Shown one piece after another: positions 38,490-48,158 of a DNA stretch of 64,000 nucleotides. Where the stretch lies: positions 4,346 to 68,345 of the IMG/VR virus record IMGVR_UViG_3300035517_000173. One strand, written 5' to 3'. Under the pieces are notes generated by a model. It was not told the origin of the DNA and made no database searches. It worked only from the letters and a program-made list of their open reading frames with translations. Within the stretch, counting starts at the first letter, position 1. The number at the start of each line of letters is the position of its first letter. A program made the translations under genes and the position numbers. Source of the DNA: a virus. Lineage: Duplodnaviria > Caudoviricetes.

Positions 38490-38963
38490 TCAAGCGTTCA
38501 TCTTTGTCAAAAGCGTCTGTAAACGTGTCTTTATGACGGTACGGCTCGCATTGTCAAGCGTTCCCCACATATCCGTCAAGTCGCTCACTAACTCTTTTGT
38601 GAAGTGGTCGAAGTTCTCCTGCGACTTATCTTCGTGATACTTCTGACGTGCTTTCTCGGACTTGCTCACTTCTTTCTCGTGTTCAATCGGTTCGGTGTAA
38701 TATCTCAATCCCTTTGAAATATCCATATCTCTGTACCATTCCGCAGAATGTTCTTTGAACATCTCTGGTGTCATGCGGTACTCTCCACCCTCTTTCATTT
38801 CCTTTGAAATAAGGGCATGATATTCAGCGTCCGACAGGTCTTTTATCATATCCACTACTAAACCAAGTTCCTTTGTATCTACGCATTTAATATCCTGTGA
38901 TAATTCATCACAAGCCACTTCTGTAAGCGTTTCAACCATTTTGTGTATACGTTCAATGTGCAT
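38490..38963 (-). CDS. Conserved phage module protein, helical
   Basis: ELGLVVDMIKDLSDAEY motif. Confidence 0.75.
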   Translation of the reverse strand: MHIERIHKMVETLTEVACDELSQDIKCVDTKELGLVVDMIKDLSDAEYHALISKEMKEGGEYRMTPEMFKEHSAEWYRDMDISKGLRYYTEPIEHEKEVSKSEKARQKYHEDKSQENFDHFTKELVSDLTDMWGTLDNASRTVIKTRLQTLLTKMNA

Positions 38964-38966
38964 ATT

Positions 38967-39446
38967 TTATCTCCCCTTTCCGCTTTTTGTAATCGTTGTT
39001 TCTGCAACCTCTGATTCCACCGCTATATCCGTTTCGGCTACTGCGGATGCAACTGCCGTAGTTGTTGGCGTTGTGCCAGTGATTGACGCAAGGTTATTGT
39101 TTCTGTCACAGCAAATATTCCCAAGAAGACGGAATACACCACTTGTAGGGGATGTTTCCACTCTTGTTGCGTATCGTGTACGTTTCTGAATGTCTGCCGC
39201 CACAATCTGTGTGCCATCACAATTTATTAACGGATAAAGTACCGTTCCAGTGCTACCTATCTGCACATACACTGGCATATTGATAGTTGCCGTTGACGGA
39301 ATACTCTGTGCGGTCACAATGCAGTATTTTGTATCGTCAAGATAACATCCGCTAGGAATTGTGATGACCAAGTTTGAACCGCTAACTGCGATTGCTGTAC
39401 TTAGCGTGAGTTTTTTGCAAAGTCTACAAGTATTTCTGCAAGCCAT
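38967..39446 (-). CDS. Cys/Thr-rich beta protein of the unknown module
   Basis: MACRNTCRLC...LLGNICC. Confidence 0.75.
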   Translation of the reverse strand: MACRNTCRLCKKLTLSTAIAVSGSNLVITIPSGCYLDDTKYCIVTAQSIPSTATINMPVYVQIGSTGTVLYPLINCDGTQIVAADIQKRTRYATRVETSPTSGVFRLLGNICCDRNNNLASITGTTPTTTAVASAVAETDIAVESEVAETTITKSGKGR

Positions 39447-39450
39447 AAAA

Positions 39451-39687
39451 TCACTCCTTTTCTGTTTTTGGCGTTTCCAAGCAAAACGCTTTTTGTAATG
39501 TTGAATGTAACATAAGTTCGTCTATTGCCATATCTGGAAGTTTCGACATTCTTTCAAGCAATTCGACATAAGATGACAAGCCGTTAAAACCTAGTCCTAA
39601 CTGGCTTATATCAATCTTCCCAACTTCTTCAAACAATTCGTCTTTTAATTGTTTGTACGTTTTCATAGCTACCTCACTTTCATGCAA
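39451..39687 (-). CDS. Hypothetical protein
   Basis: Co-oriented ORF. Confidence 0.6.
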   Translation of the reverse strand: MHESEVAMKTYKQLKDELFEEVGKIDISQLGLGFNGLSSYVELLERMSKLPDMAIDELMLHSTLQKAFCLETPKTEKE

Positions 39688-39722
39688 AAGGGATAGACTT
39701 CTCGCCTATCCCTCAATTCTTG

Positions 39723-39953
39723 TCAGCCGTTAGGCGAATTAGATTCCTCTAAAAGTTTCAGTATTTTGTTTTGGTTCTCCAGTATTTTTTCAAGATAGGC
39801 TTTGTCCTGCTTCTGCAATTCCGACATTATGTCGTCATTATTGCTCTGCTGTTGGTTCTCCATGTAGTTAATCAACTGCAATCCAAAACCTATTATCGTT
39901 AAAAAATCAAGAAACTCAAAACTGCTTGATTCTCCGTCGTTTATCATGCACAT
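39723..39953 (-). CDS. Hypothetical protein (TM-like N-terminus, coiled coil)
   Basis: FLDFLTIIGFGLQLINYMEN...QDKAYLEKI. Confidence 0.65.
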   Translation of the reverse strand: MCMINDGESSSFEFLDFLTIIGFGLQLINYMENQQQSNNDDIMSELQKQDKAYLEKILENQNKILKLLEESNSPNG

Positions 39954-40657
39954 CCACAGCCACTAGACAGATTGCTTAAAGCCAACGCCTGACTTTGGTA
40001 AGGGCTACAAGTCAGATATGATGGTGTCGGTGTCGGCAAAAGCGTACTGATAAGCGTAGCGTTCTGTGCCTGCTGCGACAACTGGAATGCCTGCATCATA
40101 TTGGTGTCACGCAACCCCTGAATCTCGGACTGACACATTCTGTCAAGGATTCTCTGTACTCCTGCATTCTGTGCATTGATAATATCGCAAGTATTTTTCG
40201 CATTTTCATAGCGAACTGCATCAATGTTTCTGTTGGTTTCACAGCAGCACTGCTGATTCTGATACCCTAACTGTGCGATTGCGCTCTGAGTATTATAACC
40301 CTGCTGCATTACATTCTGATTTACATTGTTTACCTGTGCCAAGTTATCATATCCAAGCTGACACAATCCGTTTGTGATTCCGTCCAATTTCCCGATAATG
40401 GAAGCGGTATCAAACCCTCTTTGAACTGCGCTGTCTGTGTAATCAGACGCAATAGAACGGCTGTTGTTTGCCGACGCAAACATAGAAGCCATAGCAGCCA
40501 TTTCAGCACCATTACCAACGCCGTTGTTACCTCGATTTCCACCGAAGAAACCACCATTGAATACAAGCAATCCAAAGAAAAGGATTATAGCCCACATCCA
40601 GTTATTGTTGTTTCCATCATTTGTATTGACTGGTACAAATTCAGTGTTAGAAAACAT
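39944..40657 (-). CDS. Gly/Asn/Gln-rich membrane protein with CCC motif (unknown module)
   Basis: WMWAIILFF TM, QRGFDT, QQCCCETNRNIDAVRYENAKNTCDII, PTPSYLTCSPY. Confidence 0.8.
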   Translation of the reverse strand: MFSNTEFVPVNTNDGNNNNWMWAIILFFGLLVFNGGFFGGNRGNNGVGNGAEMAAMASMFASANNSRSIASDYTDSAVQRGFDTASIIGKLDGITNGLCQLGYDNLAQVNNVNQNVMQQGYNTQSAIAQLGYQNQQCCCETNRNIDAVRYENAKNTCDIINAQNAGVQRILDRMCQSEIQGLRDTNMMQAFQLSQQAQNATLISTLLPTPTPSYLTCSPYQSQALALSNLSSGCGCA

Positions 40658-40709
40658 AACTTTTACCTCATTTCTTTAATATTTATACATAACCTTGCAA
40701 GTATTAGTA

Positions 40710-41003
40710 TCATTCTTTAATTTCTTTTATAGCTCCGTCTACAATATCAACAACATCAATCCCACGTTCAGAAAACATATTCTTTGCTTTCTGTTCTGCA
40801 TTCCCATCTGCAGCCATACTTTTAGCTTGTTCCCAAATAGGCGCATATTGAGGGTTCTTTTTCACGTATGCATTTATCATTCCAAAAGCGACTTCGCCCG
40901 GATTTGCATTGCTTAAAACATTTTTTGCAACTTTTTTCAGTCCACTACTCATTAGTTTCTGCACTATCTGATTTACTTGATTTCCTTGCATTTCTCGTAC
41001 CAC
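40710..41003 (-). CDS. Small helical protein (unknown module)
   Basis: AEQKAKNMFSERGID. Confidence 0.65.
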   Translation of the reverse strand: MVREMQGNQVNQIVQKLMSSGLKKVAKNVLSNANPGEVAFGMINAYVKKNPQYAPIWEQAKSMAADGNAEQKAKNMFSERGIDVVDIVDGAIKEIKE

Positions 41004-41403
41004 CTTTCAATTCTTGTTTAAGAGTTTCAAATTTTTCGTCAAGATATGCTTTTATGTCAAATTCTTCATTTTTCTCTGCTTGCTGTTCTTCTACAATCTT
41101 TTTGTAGACCGCATAATCACTTGAACCAGTATTCATGTTGAGAAACTTTGTGTAAATGTAATCTCCATTTACAAGAGGGAAATATGTTATACTTCCATCA
41201 AGTGGTGTTTCCGTAGCTTTTACAGTTTCAAAATCACTAACTATCTTTCCTTGTATTCCAACTGTTTGCTGATTCGGTAATGGCTGTTGATACTGCGGAT
41301 ACTGTTGCTCTAATTGCTGCAATCTCTGTTGCGCATTCATCATTGGATTGTACGGCATATTATTCATTGCCGGCTGATTCCAGTAAGGATTGTACTGTTG
41401 CAT
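40945..41403 (-). CDS. Gln/Pro/Tyr-rich N-terminus protein (unknown module)
   Basis: MQQYNPY...GKIVSDFETV...PLDGSITYFP. Confidence 0.75.
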   Translation of the reverse strand: MQQYNPYWNQPAMNNMPYNPMMNAQQRLQQLEQQYPQYQQPLPNQQTVGIQGKIVSDFETVKATETPLDGSITYFPLVNGDYIYTKFLNMNTGSSDYAVYKKIVEEQQAEKNEEFDIKAYLDEKFETLKQELKGGTRNARKSSKSDSAETNE

Positions 41404-41533
41404 ATGGGTTCTCCTTTGCTATATTTTCTAGCACATCTTGAAAAGCATTTACGGATGTGGCAATACAGCCAACCGGTATTTTCTGCATTTCATGATGTGT
41501 GAAAAGTTTTTCCAAAAACTCATCATTGAACAT
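41360..41533 (-). CDS. Small protein (likely start MFNDEFLEKLF)
   Basis: AAGGAAG RBS upstream; the track start at 41659 is probably too long. Confidence 0.6.
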   Translation of the reverse strand: MFNDEFLEKLFTHHEMQKIPVGCIATSVNAFQDVLENIAKENPYATVQSLLESAGNE

Positions 41534-41567
41534 CTTCATCACTTCCTTATGCTTAAATTTTGGCATA

Positions 41568-41587
41568 AAAAAAAGACGGCGAACCGT
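41568..41587 (-). terminator. Rho-independent terminator downstream of the recombinase
   Basis: Minus GACGG-ttcg-CCGTC followed by a long T run. Confidence 0.7.
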
Positions 41588-41671
41588 CAAACAATCGTAA
41601 CAAAACAGTAAAAATAACGTATTTTCGAATAAAATCAATCCCATTCTTAAATTTTCCACTTCCTATTGTAG

Positions 41672-41694
41672 CCCCGATTTACTGTAGTAAGGGG
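41672..41694. other. Candidate serine-recombinase att site (attP-like)
   Basis: CCCC(gat)TTACT-GT-AGTAA-GGGG dyad with a central dinucleotide, 16-40 bp past the recombinase stop. Confidence 0.45.
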
Positions 41695-41709
41695 AAAAAG
41701 ATAGTTTTT

Positions 41710-43089
41710 TTAAAAAGTGACAAAATATATCAAGATTTCATCACCTTTTATAATTATCTTTTCAATACATTCTTTGAGAACTTTGTTTTTTTCCCGACTT
41801 GTCAAATCATCCCATACATCCGATATCCTCTTAATATCGTTTATTGCACGTATATCCGTTTTGGCTGCCGATTCCTGCTCGATTTCCAATTGCTCTTTCA
41901 ATGTTTCAACACGTTTTTCTTCTTCCATTACTAAATCTAGCAGATTCTGACTTTCATTTTCAACGTAAAGAGAATAGTATTTCTTTATCTTTGCATTAGC
42001 TTTCTGTATTGCGTCTCTAATCTCTTTTACGCTGTCTTTCTTTTCATGTAAGTCATCTATGCGGATTGAAAAATCTTTAAAAGACTTTTCAACTTCGGAT
42101 TCAACATCTTTTGCCATTACCATTGTGTCACAGTTTTCAGCACGTTTCATATATTCCTTGCTGCTAAGTCCATAATGCGAATAGCAAACCAACTTGTGAT
42201 AATCTTTACCCCATTTTTGGTATCTCATTCTTGCCCCGCATTTTCCGCAATAGCATAGTCCTGTCAGCATATTATCATTATTTATATGGGAGTTTGTCGT
42301 GCGTTGCATCATGCAACGCATAGCTTTGTCGTATACTTCTTTATCTACGATTGGTTCATGCAATCCTTTGTATACTTCCCCTTTGTACTCAATCAATCCT
42401 ATGTTAGATTTTCGTTTGAGCATTTGTGCAACAATACGCTCACCTTTCAATCCTAGAATTGACGATATACTATTACAAGAATAACCGTCAATGTATAGTT
42501 GATATGCCTTTCTTACATTTTCCGCTTCATCTTCCTTAGGATGGAGAATACCGTCGTTTCGGTCATAATAATATCCATACGGTGTCCTTCCACCGCCCAT
42601 CCACAATCCTTTCTTGACGCGTTCCACCATCCCTGCCCTTGTTCTCATGTATATAACTTCACGTTCATACTGGTTCATGGCAGCGTTCATAGTGACCATC
42701 ATCTTGTCCATAGGGTTTTCAGTCCGGATATCCTCTGTCATAGACACGATATTAACATCATAGCTTGGCAAGACCTTATACAGCAACGTCAACGTATCTA
42801 TAACATCCCTTGACATTCTGTCTAGTTTGTATATATATACCGTCTTAATCATGCCATTGCTTGCGTCAGATAGTAGCTTGTTTATCTCCGGTCTTTCCAT
42901 CTTGGCACCGCTATAACCACCATCAACATACCATCTGCTTATCGTTATCTTGTTTTTTTCGCAGTATTCAGTTATTTTTTGACGTTGTACATCAAGACCA
43001 TACTTTTCTGTTTGCGCCTCTGTAGAAACTCTAAGATATGCCACGTTCCCTTTTTTTGCTGTTAGGTTTTCTCCTTTCATACGTTCCAC
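41710..43089 (-). CDS. Large serine recombinase (integrase)
   Basis: YLRVST catalytic Ser, YKLDRMSR, recombinase domain, CGKCG zinc ribbon, coiled coil. Confidence 0.93.
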   Translation of the reverse strand: MERMKGENLTAKKGNVAYLRVSTEAQTEKYGLDVQRQKITEYCEKNKITISRWYVDGGYSGAKMERPEINKLLSDASNGMIKTVYIYKLDRMSRDVIDTLTLLYKVLPSYDVNIVSMTEDIRTENPMDKMMVTMNAAMNQYEREVIYMRTRAGMVERVKKGLWMGGGRTPYGYYYDRNDGILHPKEDEAENVRKAYQLYIDGYSCNSISSILGLKGERIVAQMLKRKSNIGLIEYKGEVYKGLHEPIVDKEVYDKAMRCMMQRTTNSHINNDNMLTGLCYCGKCGARMRYQKWGKDYHKLVCYSHYGLSSKEYMKRAENCDTMVMAKDVESEVEKSFKDFSIRIDDLHEKKDSVKEIRDAIQKANAKIKKYYSLYVENESQNLLDLVMEEEKRVETLKEQLEIEQESAAKTDIRAINDIKRISDVWDDLTSREKNKVLKECIEKIIIKGDEILIYFVTF

Positions 43090-43104
43090 TCTCCTTTTTA
43101 AGAG

Positions 43105-43133
43105 AATGGGATTGATGTTTATTCAATCCCATT
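43105..43133. repeat. 11-bp perfect inverted repeat; third copy at 41635-41645
   Basis: AATGGGATTGA-7-TCAATCCCATT. Confidence 0.8.
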
Positions 43134-43138
43134 TTAAA

Positions 43139-43519
43139 CTATTCGTTTCCTTTTGTCAATTTACCGGAAATAAGCTCTTTCACTCTTTCAATGTGTATTT
43201 CAAAGTTCTTAACATCATCTTCTGACACTCTCTTTCCGTCCACATAGATAATTGCTGTCATATCAAAAACCTCCAAAAAATCAATTATTTTTCTTCTGAT
43301 AACACGTTTTTTCTTGGTTACTGTGGACGTGCAGACACCCATTTCATAAGATATCTGTACATCCATATAACCTTTAGCAATCAATTCAAACAGATTTGAT
43401 TCATCCTCTGTAAAGTTGCAGTTTTCTTTTAATAATTCAAGGTCTGACCGGACTAATTTGTCCAGCCTTAATTTCATTATATAGTCCTCTCTTAATATTT
43501 TATGCTCATAATTTACCAA
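43139..43519 (-). CDS. LuxR/GerE-type HTH protein
   Basis: ENCNFTEDE..LFELIAKG...QISYEMGVCTSTV. Confidence 0.75.
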   Translation of the reverse strand: MVNYEHKILREDYIMKLRLDKLVRSDLELLKENCNFTEDESNLFELIAKGYMDVQISYEMGVCTSTVTKKKRVIRRKIIDFLEVFDMTAIIYVDGKRVSEDDVKNFEIHIERVKELISGKLTKGNE

Positions 43520-43986
43520 CTATGCACGGATATTCCGTTTTCTTGCTGTGTAATTCTACCTTTCGCAATATTCTTACAGGCATTGTCGTAACACCGTTTG
43601 CATAAGTGCCTGTTCTCGTATAGTTCTTTTGAGCCACATATGTAGCACATTCCGTATGTCGGTCTTTCATATCGTTCAAGATATGCGCCGCGTCTTTCTT
43701 TCGCTTGTTTCCTTTGCTTTACAAGGCATATACCGCACCTTGTCTTTCCGTTCATTGCTTTTCGTTTGCCACATGTGACACATATTCCATCGGCTTTTCT
43801 TCTTTGAGCCGTAGTATTCTTCCTTTTATTCGTTTTAAGTGATTCTTTGTTTTTATAGTACCGAAGCCTTTTGGCATCTAAACACTCATAGCATTCAACA
43901 TGATGCGGTTCTGCTTTGCGCTTCTGGCATGTAGGGCAAATGCCGATTTCCTTAAACATTTCATAGGTTTCTTTTCTATAGCCCAA
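43513..43986 (-). CDS. Multi zinc-finger protein
   Basis: Three CxxC..CxxC units. Confidence 0.75.
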   Translation of the reverse strand: MGYRKETYEMFKEIGICPTCQKRKAEPHHVECYECLDAKRLRYYKNKESLKTNKRKNTTAQRRKADGICVTCGKRKAMNGKTRCGICLVKQRKQAKERRGAYLERYERPTYGMCYICGSKELYENRHLCKRCYDNACKNIAKGRITQQENGISVHSW

Positions 43987-43992
43987 TTTCCG

Positions 43993-44220
43993 TCATTCCA
44001 ATTCTCTTTTCCGTTTATCTTCCAGACTGTCGAGAAGTGCAAAGACAAGTTTCTTTGCAAATTCAGTCTTGTATTTCTCACCGAACGCTATAGATTCTTC
44101 GGTTACGCTCTTCCAGTATTCGTCATCCTTATCGGGTATCCAGTATTTTTGACATAGTGACCAAAATTCTGTAAACATCTGCCATTCTTCGCTGTTTTTC
44201 TCAAATCTTTTACTTGCCAT
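43993..44220 (-). CDS. Hypothetical protein
   Basis: Coupled ORF. Confidence 0.7.
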   Translation of the reverse strand: MASKRFEKNSEEWQMFTEFWSLCQKYWIPDKDDEYWKSVTEESIAFGEKYKTEFAKKLVFALLDSLEDKRKRELE

Positions 44221-44510
44221 TATTCACTCCCATCTTCGCCGCCCCCATTCTCCAACATAGCCAAATGCCCCTCAATCGTACTAATTGCCGATATGTAGCC
44301 TGTCGCATAATCACAGTTTTCACAATTCATTGCTTTCTCTCTCATGGACTTCATTTCGGTTTTTAGTTTTTCCGCATTTTCAAGTGTTTTAATACCCATG
44401 TCAACGCAATCATAAGTAAAACTGTTAAAACTTGTCTTATTCATTTTATCTTGCAGTTCCATAAACAACCTTAAATTTTCCAGTCCAGTTATCGCATTTC
44501 CACTTGTCAT
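44220..44510 (-). CDS. Hypothetical protein
   Basis: Coupled ORF. Confidence 0.65.
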   Translation of the reverse strand: MTSGNAITGLENLRLFMELQDKMNKTSFNSFTYDCVDMGIKTLENAEKLKTEMKSMREKAMNCENCDYATGYISAISTIEGHLAMLENGGGEDGSE

Positions 44511-44782
44511 TCCTCATCACCCCACTTCAATTTCTGACCGCAATTCATACAGTGTTTCTTGCCTTTGTAGAATCGGTTGTATTGTGTGCTACAAGTAGGA
44601 CACTTATATGTGATTTCGTTGTCAATATCTGATTTCCCGATTGCTATCATTTTCTTTGGCTTTTGCCTTGATAGTGCTTCGATTGATAGTTTTATAACCT
44701 CGTAATAATCGCCTATAACATCTTTGTAATCTTTGATTTCTAGTCGTTTTTGAAGTTCTTCAATTGCTTTTCCTACTGTCAT
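44507..44782 (-). CDS. Zinc-ribbon protein
   Basis: CPTC...CMNCGQKLKW. Confidence 0.7.
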   Translation of the reverse strand: MTVGKAIEELQKRLEIKDYKDVIGDYYEVIKLSIEALSRQKPKKMIAIGKSDIDNEITYKCPTCSTQYNRFYKGKKHCMNCGQKLKWGDEE

Positions 44783-44985
44783 TTGTCATCACTCCAATCT
44801 ATTTTAGTTCCACATTCTCTACAGTATTTATCTCCGATACACACACGCTGTGCAAATTCTCGGCAAACTCCGCAGTATATCATATGATGTAATCTACCAG
44901 TATTAAGCCGATACTTTGTATGTATAGGTTTTACTGATTTTTCTTCTTCCATTTTTATCACACTCCTATCCAAACGGATTCTCAT
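44779..44985 (-). CDS. Zinc-ribbon protein
   Basis: CGVC...CRECGTKIDW. Confidence 0.65.
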   Translation of the reverse strand: MRIRLDRSVIKMEEEKSVKPIHTKYRLNTGRLHHMIYCGVCREFAQRVCIGDKYCRECGTKIDWSDDK

Positions 44986-46777
44986 CGTTTATGTCAATTT
45001 GTTGAAACTCATCTTTGCACCATCCGTATTCCCTGTGCAAGTCATCCCCCTGTCCGTAGATACGCTTTGATTTTGGGTCATAGTTTAGCACGTAGCCTTG
45101 CAGATATACCTTTCCGAACAGACGATTCTTAGCAACCTTGCAAAGCCTTTGGTCATCTGCTATGTCTTTGTTCCGCTCATATGCAATGTGCAGTGTCGCA
45201 AGGTTCGTAATGTCGGCAGAACCGCTAACATCATCGTTCACATCATCCGAAAAGCTGTCTTTCCTCTTGTGTACCACCAACAATATCAACGCATTGTGCC
45301 TTAGTGCCATTTTTCGCAGATTGTCTACAAATGTACTCTGTCTTTCATACTTGTCGCTCCCCTTAACACCCTCTAGGCTGATAGCTGTCATAAGGTTGTC
45401 CAACAGAACCACTTTAACGCCGTACTGCATAATCACGTTTTCGGTGATGTTCAAAAGGCTGTCCATTTCCTCACCGTCAATAACGGAATTGTCATACAGA
45501 AAGCATTTATCCCGATACCATTCGCCTATAAATTCCTTATTCGATTTCGATACATTATATTGCGTATCTCCCCATTTGTTCTGATACTCAATTATGTGCC
45601 GTCCACCTGCTATCTGAAAATCAATCCATGATTTAAACAGATAGTTTGGCAGTTCTCCGCTGTACGCAAAGCACTTGTATCCCTGTTCAATGGCATTTAT
45701 AAGTATCTGACTTGCAAGTGTTGACTTTCCCGAACCGCTTTTACCAGACACAAGGACTACACCGCCAAACGGCAAACCGCCGTATAGAAGTCTGTCAATC
45801 TGACGTATTCCAGTGTTCAATTTTGGTATCTTGAATATGTCAACATCTTCCACATCCGCAAGCTCTATCACTTGTTTTATTGGCACAAGTACGGCATTTT
45901 CAACGCATTTCACAATCTGCTCTTTCCCATGCTTTTGTAAAATCTCGTTAGCGTCTTTGCAACCTTTGTAATCTTCTTCTCTGACGTGCTTAACCTTTGT
46001 TTTTAGGCGCTTCGACAGTTCATCCAGTAAAGTTATATGCCCTTTCTCGTAATCGCCAAATATGACCACTTCCTCAAACTGGTTTACCCAGTTCCAACAA
46101 TATGGTATCCATGTGAAACCTTTTGCACCATTAGGAACACTTACGGCATTTTGTATTCCTGCCGTTGCTACTGCCAACGAATCCGCTTGACCTTCCGTAA
46201 TTACAAGCCTTGAAAAATCTTTGCACTGTTTCATCCCGAACAAAATCGGTTTTGAATCTTTCTCAAACCATTCCTTGCATTTGTCTTTATTTGCGTCAAA
46301 ATCGGTTTTTCTGTACTTAACCCCAACAAGTATACCCTTGCTGTCATAAAATGAAAATACGAGGACGTTAGCGTGGTCAGAACGCACTGTAATCTCATAT
46401 TCGTTTGCGACTTCTTCACTTATCCCCCTGCTTTCCAAATATGCAACCGCTTCTGGCTTTGGCTTAACTGGTTCTTTTAACTGTTTAAAGTTTTTATATT
46501 TCTTCTTCGGTCTGTAGTATTCGTCCACCATGCCACCAAGTGAAAAATCAAAATCCCTTGAAAGGATAACCATGTTCCCAGTAACACCGCAACTAGAACG
46601 GAAACATTTATGCTGTCCAGTCTTTAGATTTATGGCAAATGTATTCTTATCATTTCCGTTTGCACCGCCTCGGCAGTACGGACAATATTTGAATTGTAAT
46701 TCATCCCCCTTTGGCTTTGCCTCGATTCCGACTTCTCTGGCGAACCGAAAAGCGTCATCCTGCTTAAACTCATACAT
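44966..46777 (-). CDS. Primase-helicase (T7 gp4/Twinkle-like)
   Basis: CPYC zinc domain, TOPRIM ITEG.AD and DxD, Walker A GKSGSGKST, LLDNL, DVSGS. Confidence 0.9.
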   Translation of the reverse strand: MYEFKQDDAFRFAREVGIEAKPKGDELQFKYCPYCRGGANGNDKNTFAINLKTGQHKCFRSSCGVTGNMVILSRDFDFSLGGMVDEYYRPKKKYKNFKQLKEPVKPKPEAVAYLESRGISEEVANEYEITVRSDHANVLVFSFYDSKGILVGVKYRKTDFDANKDKCKEWFEKDSKPILFGMKQCKDFSRLVITEGQADSLAVATAGIQNAVSVPNGAKGFTWIPYCWNWVNQFEEVVIFGDYEKGHITLLDELSKRLKTKVKHVREEDYKGCKDANEILQKHGKEQIVKCVENAVLVPIKQVIELADVEDVDIFKIPKLNTGIRQIDRLLYGGLPFGGVVLVSGKSGSGKSTLASQILINAIEQGYKCFAYSGELPNYLFKSWIDFQIAGGRHIIEYQNKWGDTQYNVSKSNKEFIGEWYRDKCFLYDNSVIDGEEMDSLLNITENVIMQYGVKVVLLDNLMTAISLEGVKGSDKYERQSTFVDNLRKMALRHNALILLVVHKRKDSFSDDVNDDVSGSADITNLATLHIAYERNKDIADDQRLCKVAKNRLFGKVYLQGYVLNYDPKSKRIYGQGDDLHREYGWCKDEFQQIDINDENPFG

Positions 46778-46780
46778 CGC

Positions 46781-47713
46781 TTACACCTCGTACTTGTTTA
46801 TTTCTGCTATTTCTTCCTCGCTTAGTTCTCCATAGTCAAGATTTTCTTCATCATCTATCACTCCTCTCTTTCTCAGGCTGTCGTATAAATCTTTTGGCAG
46901 ATTCTTGAACCGCCCTTGTGAATTTTCCAACGGCTTATCTTTCTGCTGTGGCTTTGGCTTTATAATCTGCTTATGTTCGTTTCGTGGTTCAAAGATTCCT
47001 CGCCATCCCTCACTGATTGATTGCTCTATGGTTCGTATAGCCAAATCAATATCCAAACTTCCGTCATCTGCCGTACAAAACTTTCTGACCTTTTTCACAT
47101 TCAGTTCGATTGACTTTTGTGTCGTAGGTATCTTTGCTGACTTCCTCATTTCCAGATAATCAACAAATGTCTGTGTAAGTTCGTCACTCTCTGGAAAATA
47201 TTTCTCATCACTCTTTTTCTTAGTTACGTTAGTAACTTCTTTTTCTTTCTTTTCATTCTTAACATTCTTTATATTCTTTACATTCTTGTTTGTGGGGAGT
47301 TGTTGTCCATCGGTTGTGGCAGTGGTTGTCCTTTGGTTGTCCATTAGTTGTCCTTTGGTTGTACCATCGATTGACCCACAATCTTGATAAATGCCGTAAT
47401 TTATAACGGTTAGCGTTGCCCCATGCGTTGTCCTCTTTTGCGTTATCATATTGTCACTTTCGAGGGCATTTAAGAACCTCGAAACTTTCTTCCTATCCCA
47501 CCCCCATCTGTCAGCCAATCCCAGAATACTTGTCACGAATTGACCTCTTTCTATCGTCCTCAATTTTCCGTCAACCAAAATTTTCTTTTCGGAATGATTA
47601 GCCGTCAGCAATAAGTCAATCCATGCACTTCTTTCATCAAATGGTTTCCCAGATTCCCATATCCATGACTTTTGTATCTGTCTGTATAGTTTTATCCAAC
47701 CACTATCTTTCAC
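46781..47713 (-). CDS. Replication initiator (lambda O/DnaD-like)
   Basis: GWIKLYRQI...RGQFVTSILGLADRWGW; internal iterons. Confidence 0.85.
   Translation of the reverse strand: MKDSGWIKLYRQIQKSWIWESGKPFDERSAWIDLLLTANHSEKKILVDGKLRTIERGQFVTSILGLADRWGWDRKKVSRFLNALESDNMITQKRTTHGATLTVINYGIYQDCGSIDGTTKGQLMDNQRTTTATTDGQQLPTNKNVKNIKNVKNEKKEKEVTNVTKKKSDEKYFPESDELTQTFVDYLEMRKSAKIPTTQKSIELNVKKVRKFCTADDGSLDIDLAIRTIEQSISEGWRGIFEPRNEHKQIIKPKPQQKDKPLENSQGRFKNLPKDLYDSLRKRGVIDDEENLDYGELSEEEIAEINKYEV
47300..47366. repeat. Iteron-like GGTTGTCC repeats (candidate origin)
   Basis: About six GTTGT(CC) units inside the initiator, next to an A/T-rich repeated stretch at about 47240-47290. Confidence 0.65.
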
Positions 47714-47931
47714 TCGTTATCACGTCCTTTGATATATTTAAGCGCATGGTGCAAGGCAATTATGCAAGCAGCATTAACCATTCGTGTCGTGTTATGATTT
47801 TTTCTCGACACCTCATACTCTCTTACTACTTGCTCATACTCTTTTTCACACTTTTTTTGTATTTCATCCATCTCTTTAGTAGTTAGCATATTTTTATGTA
47901 TCATCATTTCCACTTCCTTTGATAATCTCAA
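47710..47931 (-). CDS. Hypothetical protein
   Basis: Coupled ORF. Confidence 0.6.
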   Translation of the reverse strand: MRLSKEVEMMIHKNMLTTKEMDEIQKKCEKEYEQVVREYEVSRKNHNTTRMVNAACIIALHHALKYIKGRDNE

Positions 47932-48154
47932 TCACTTTATCTACTGGAATCAAATAAATTGGAGTATCAAACCCCTTGTAGGTTTTGGCAGAGTATGATT
48001 TTTTTATATTCTCTATAAGCTTGTCCACATCAAATGCTGTCGGCTGTCTCTTAACCATAGGGATAATATCTCTGACAATTTCCATTGTACTTCTTGGCGT
48101 TCTTATCTTTTTTTCAAGTTCATCAATAAGTAAATCAGCGTTAATTAACCTCAT
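47894..48154 (-). CDS. Hypothetical phage protein (MRLINAD family)
   Basis: MRLINAD...QPTAFDVDK. Confidence 0.7.
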   Translation of the reverse strand: MRLINADLLIDELEKKIRTPRSTMEIVRDIIPMVKRQPTAFDVDKLIENIKKSYSAKTYKGFDTPIYLIPVDKVIEIIKGSGNDDT

Positions 48155-48158
48155 TTAA

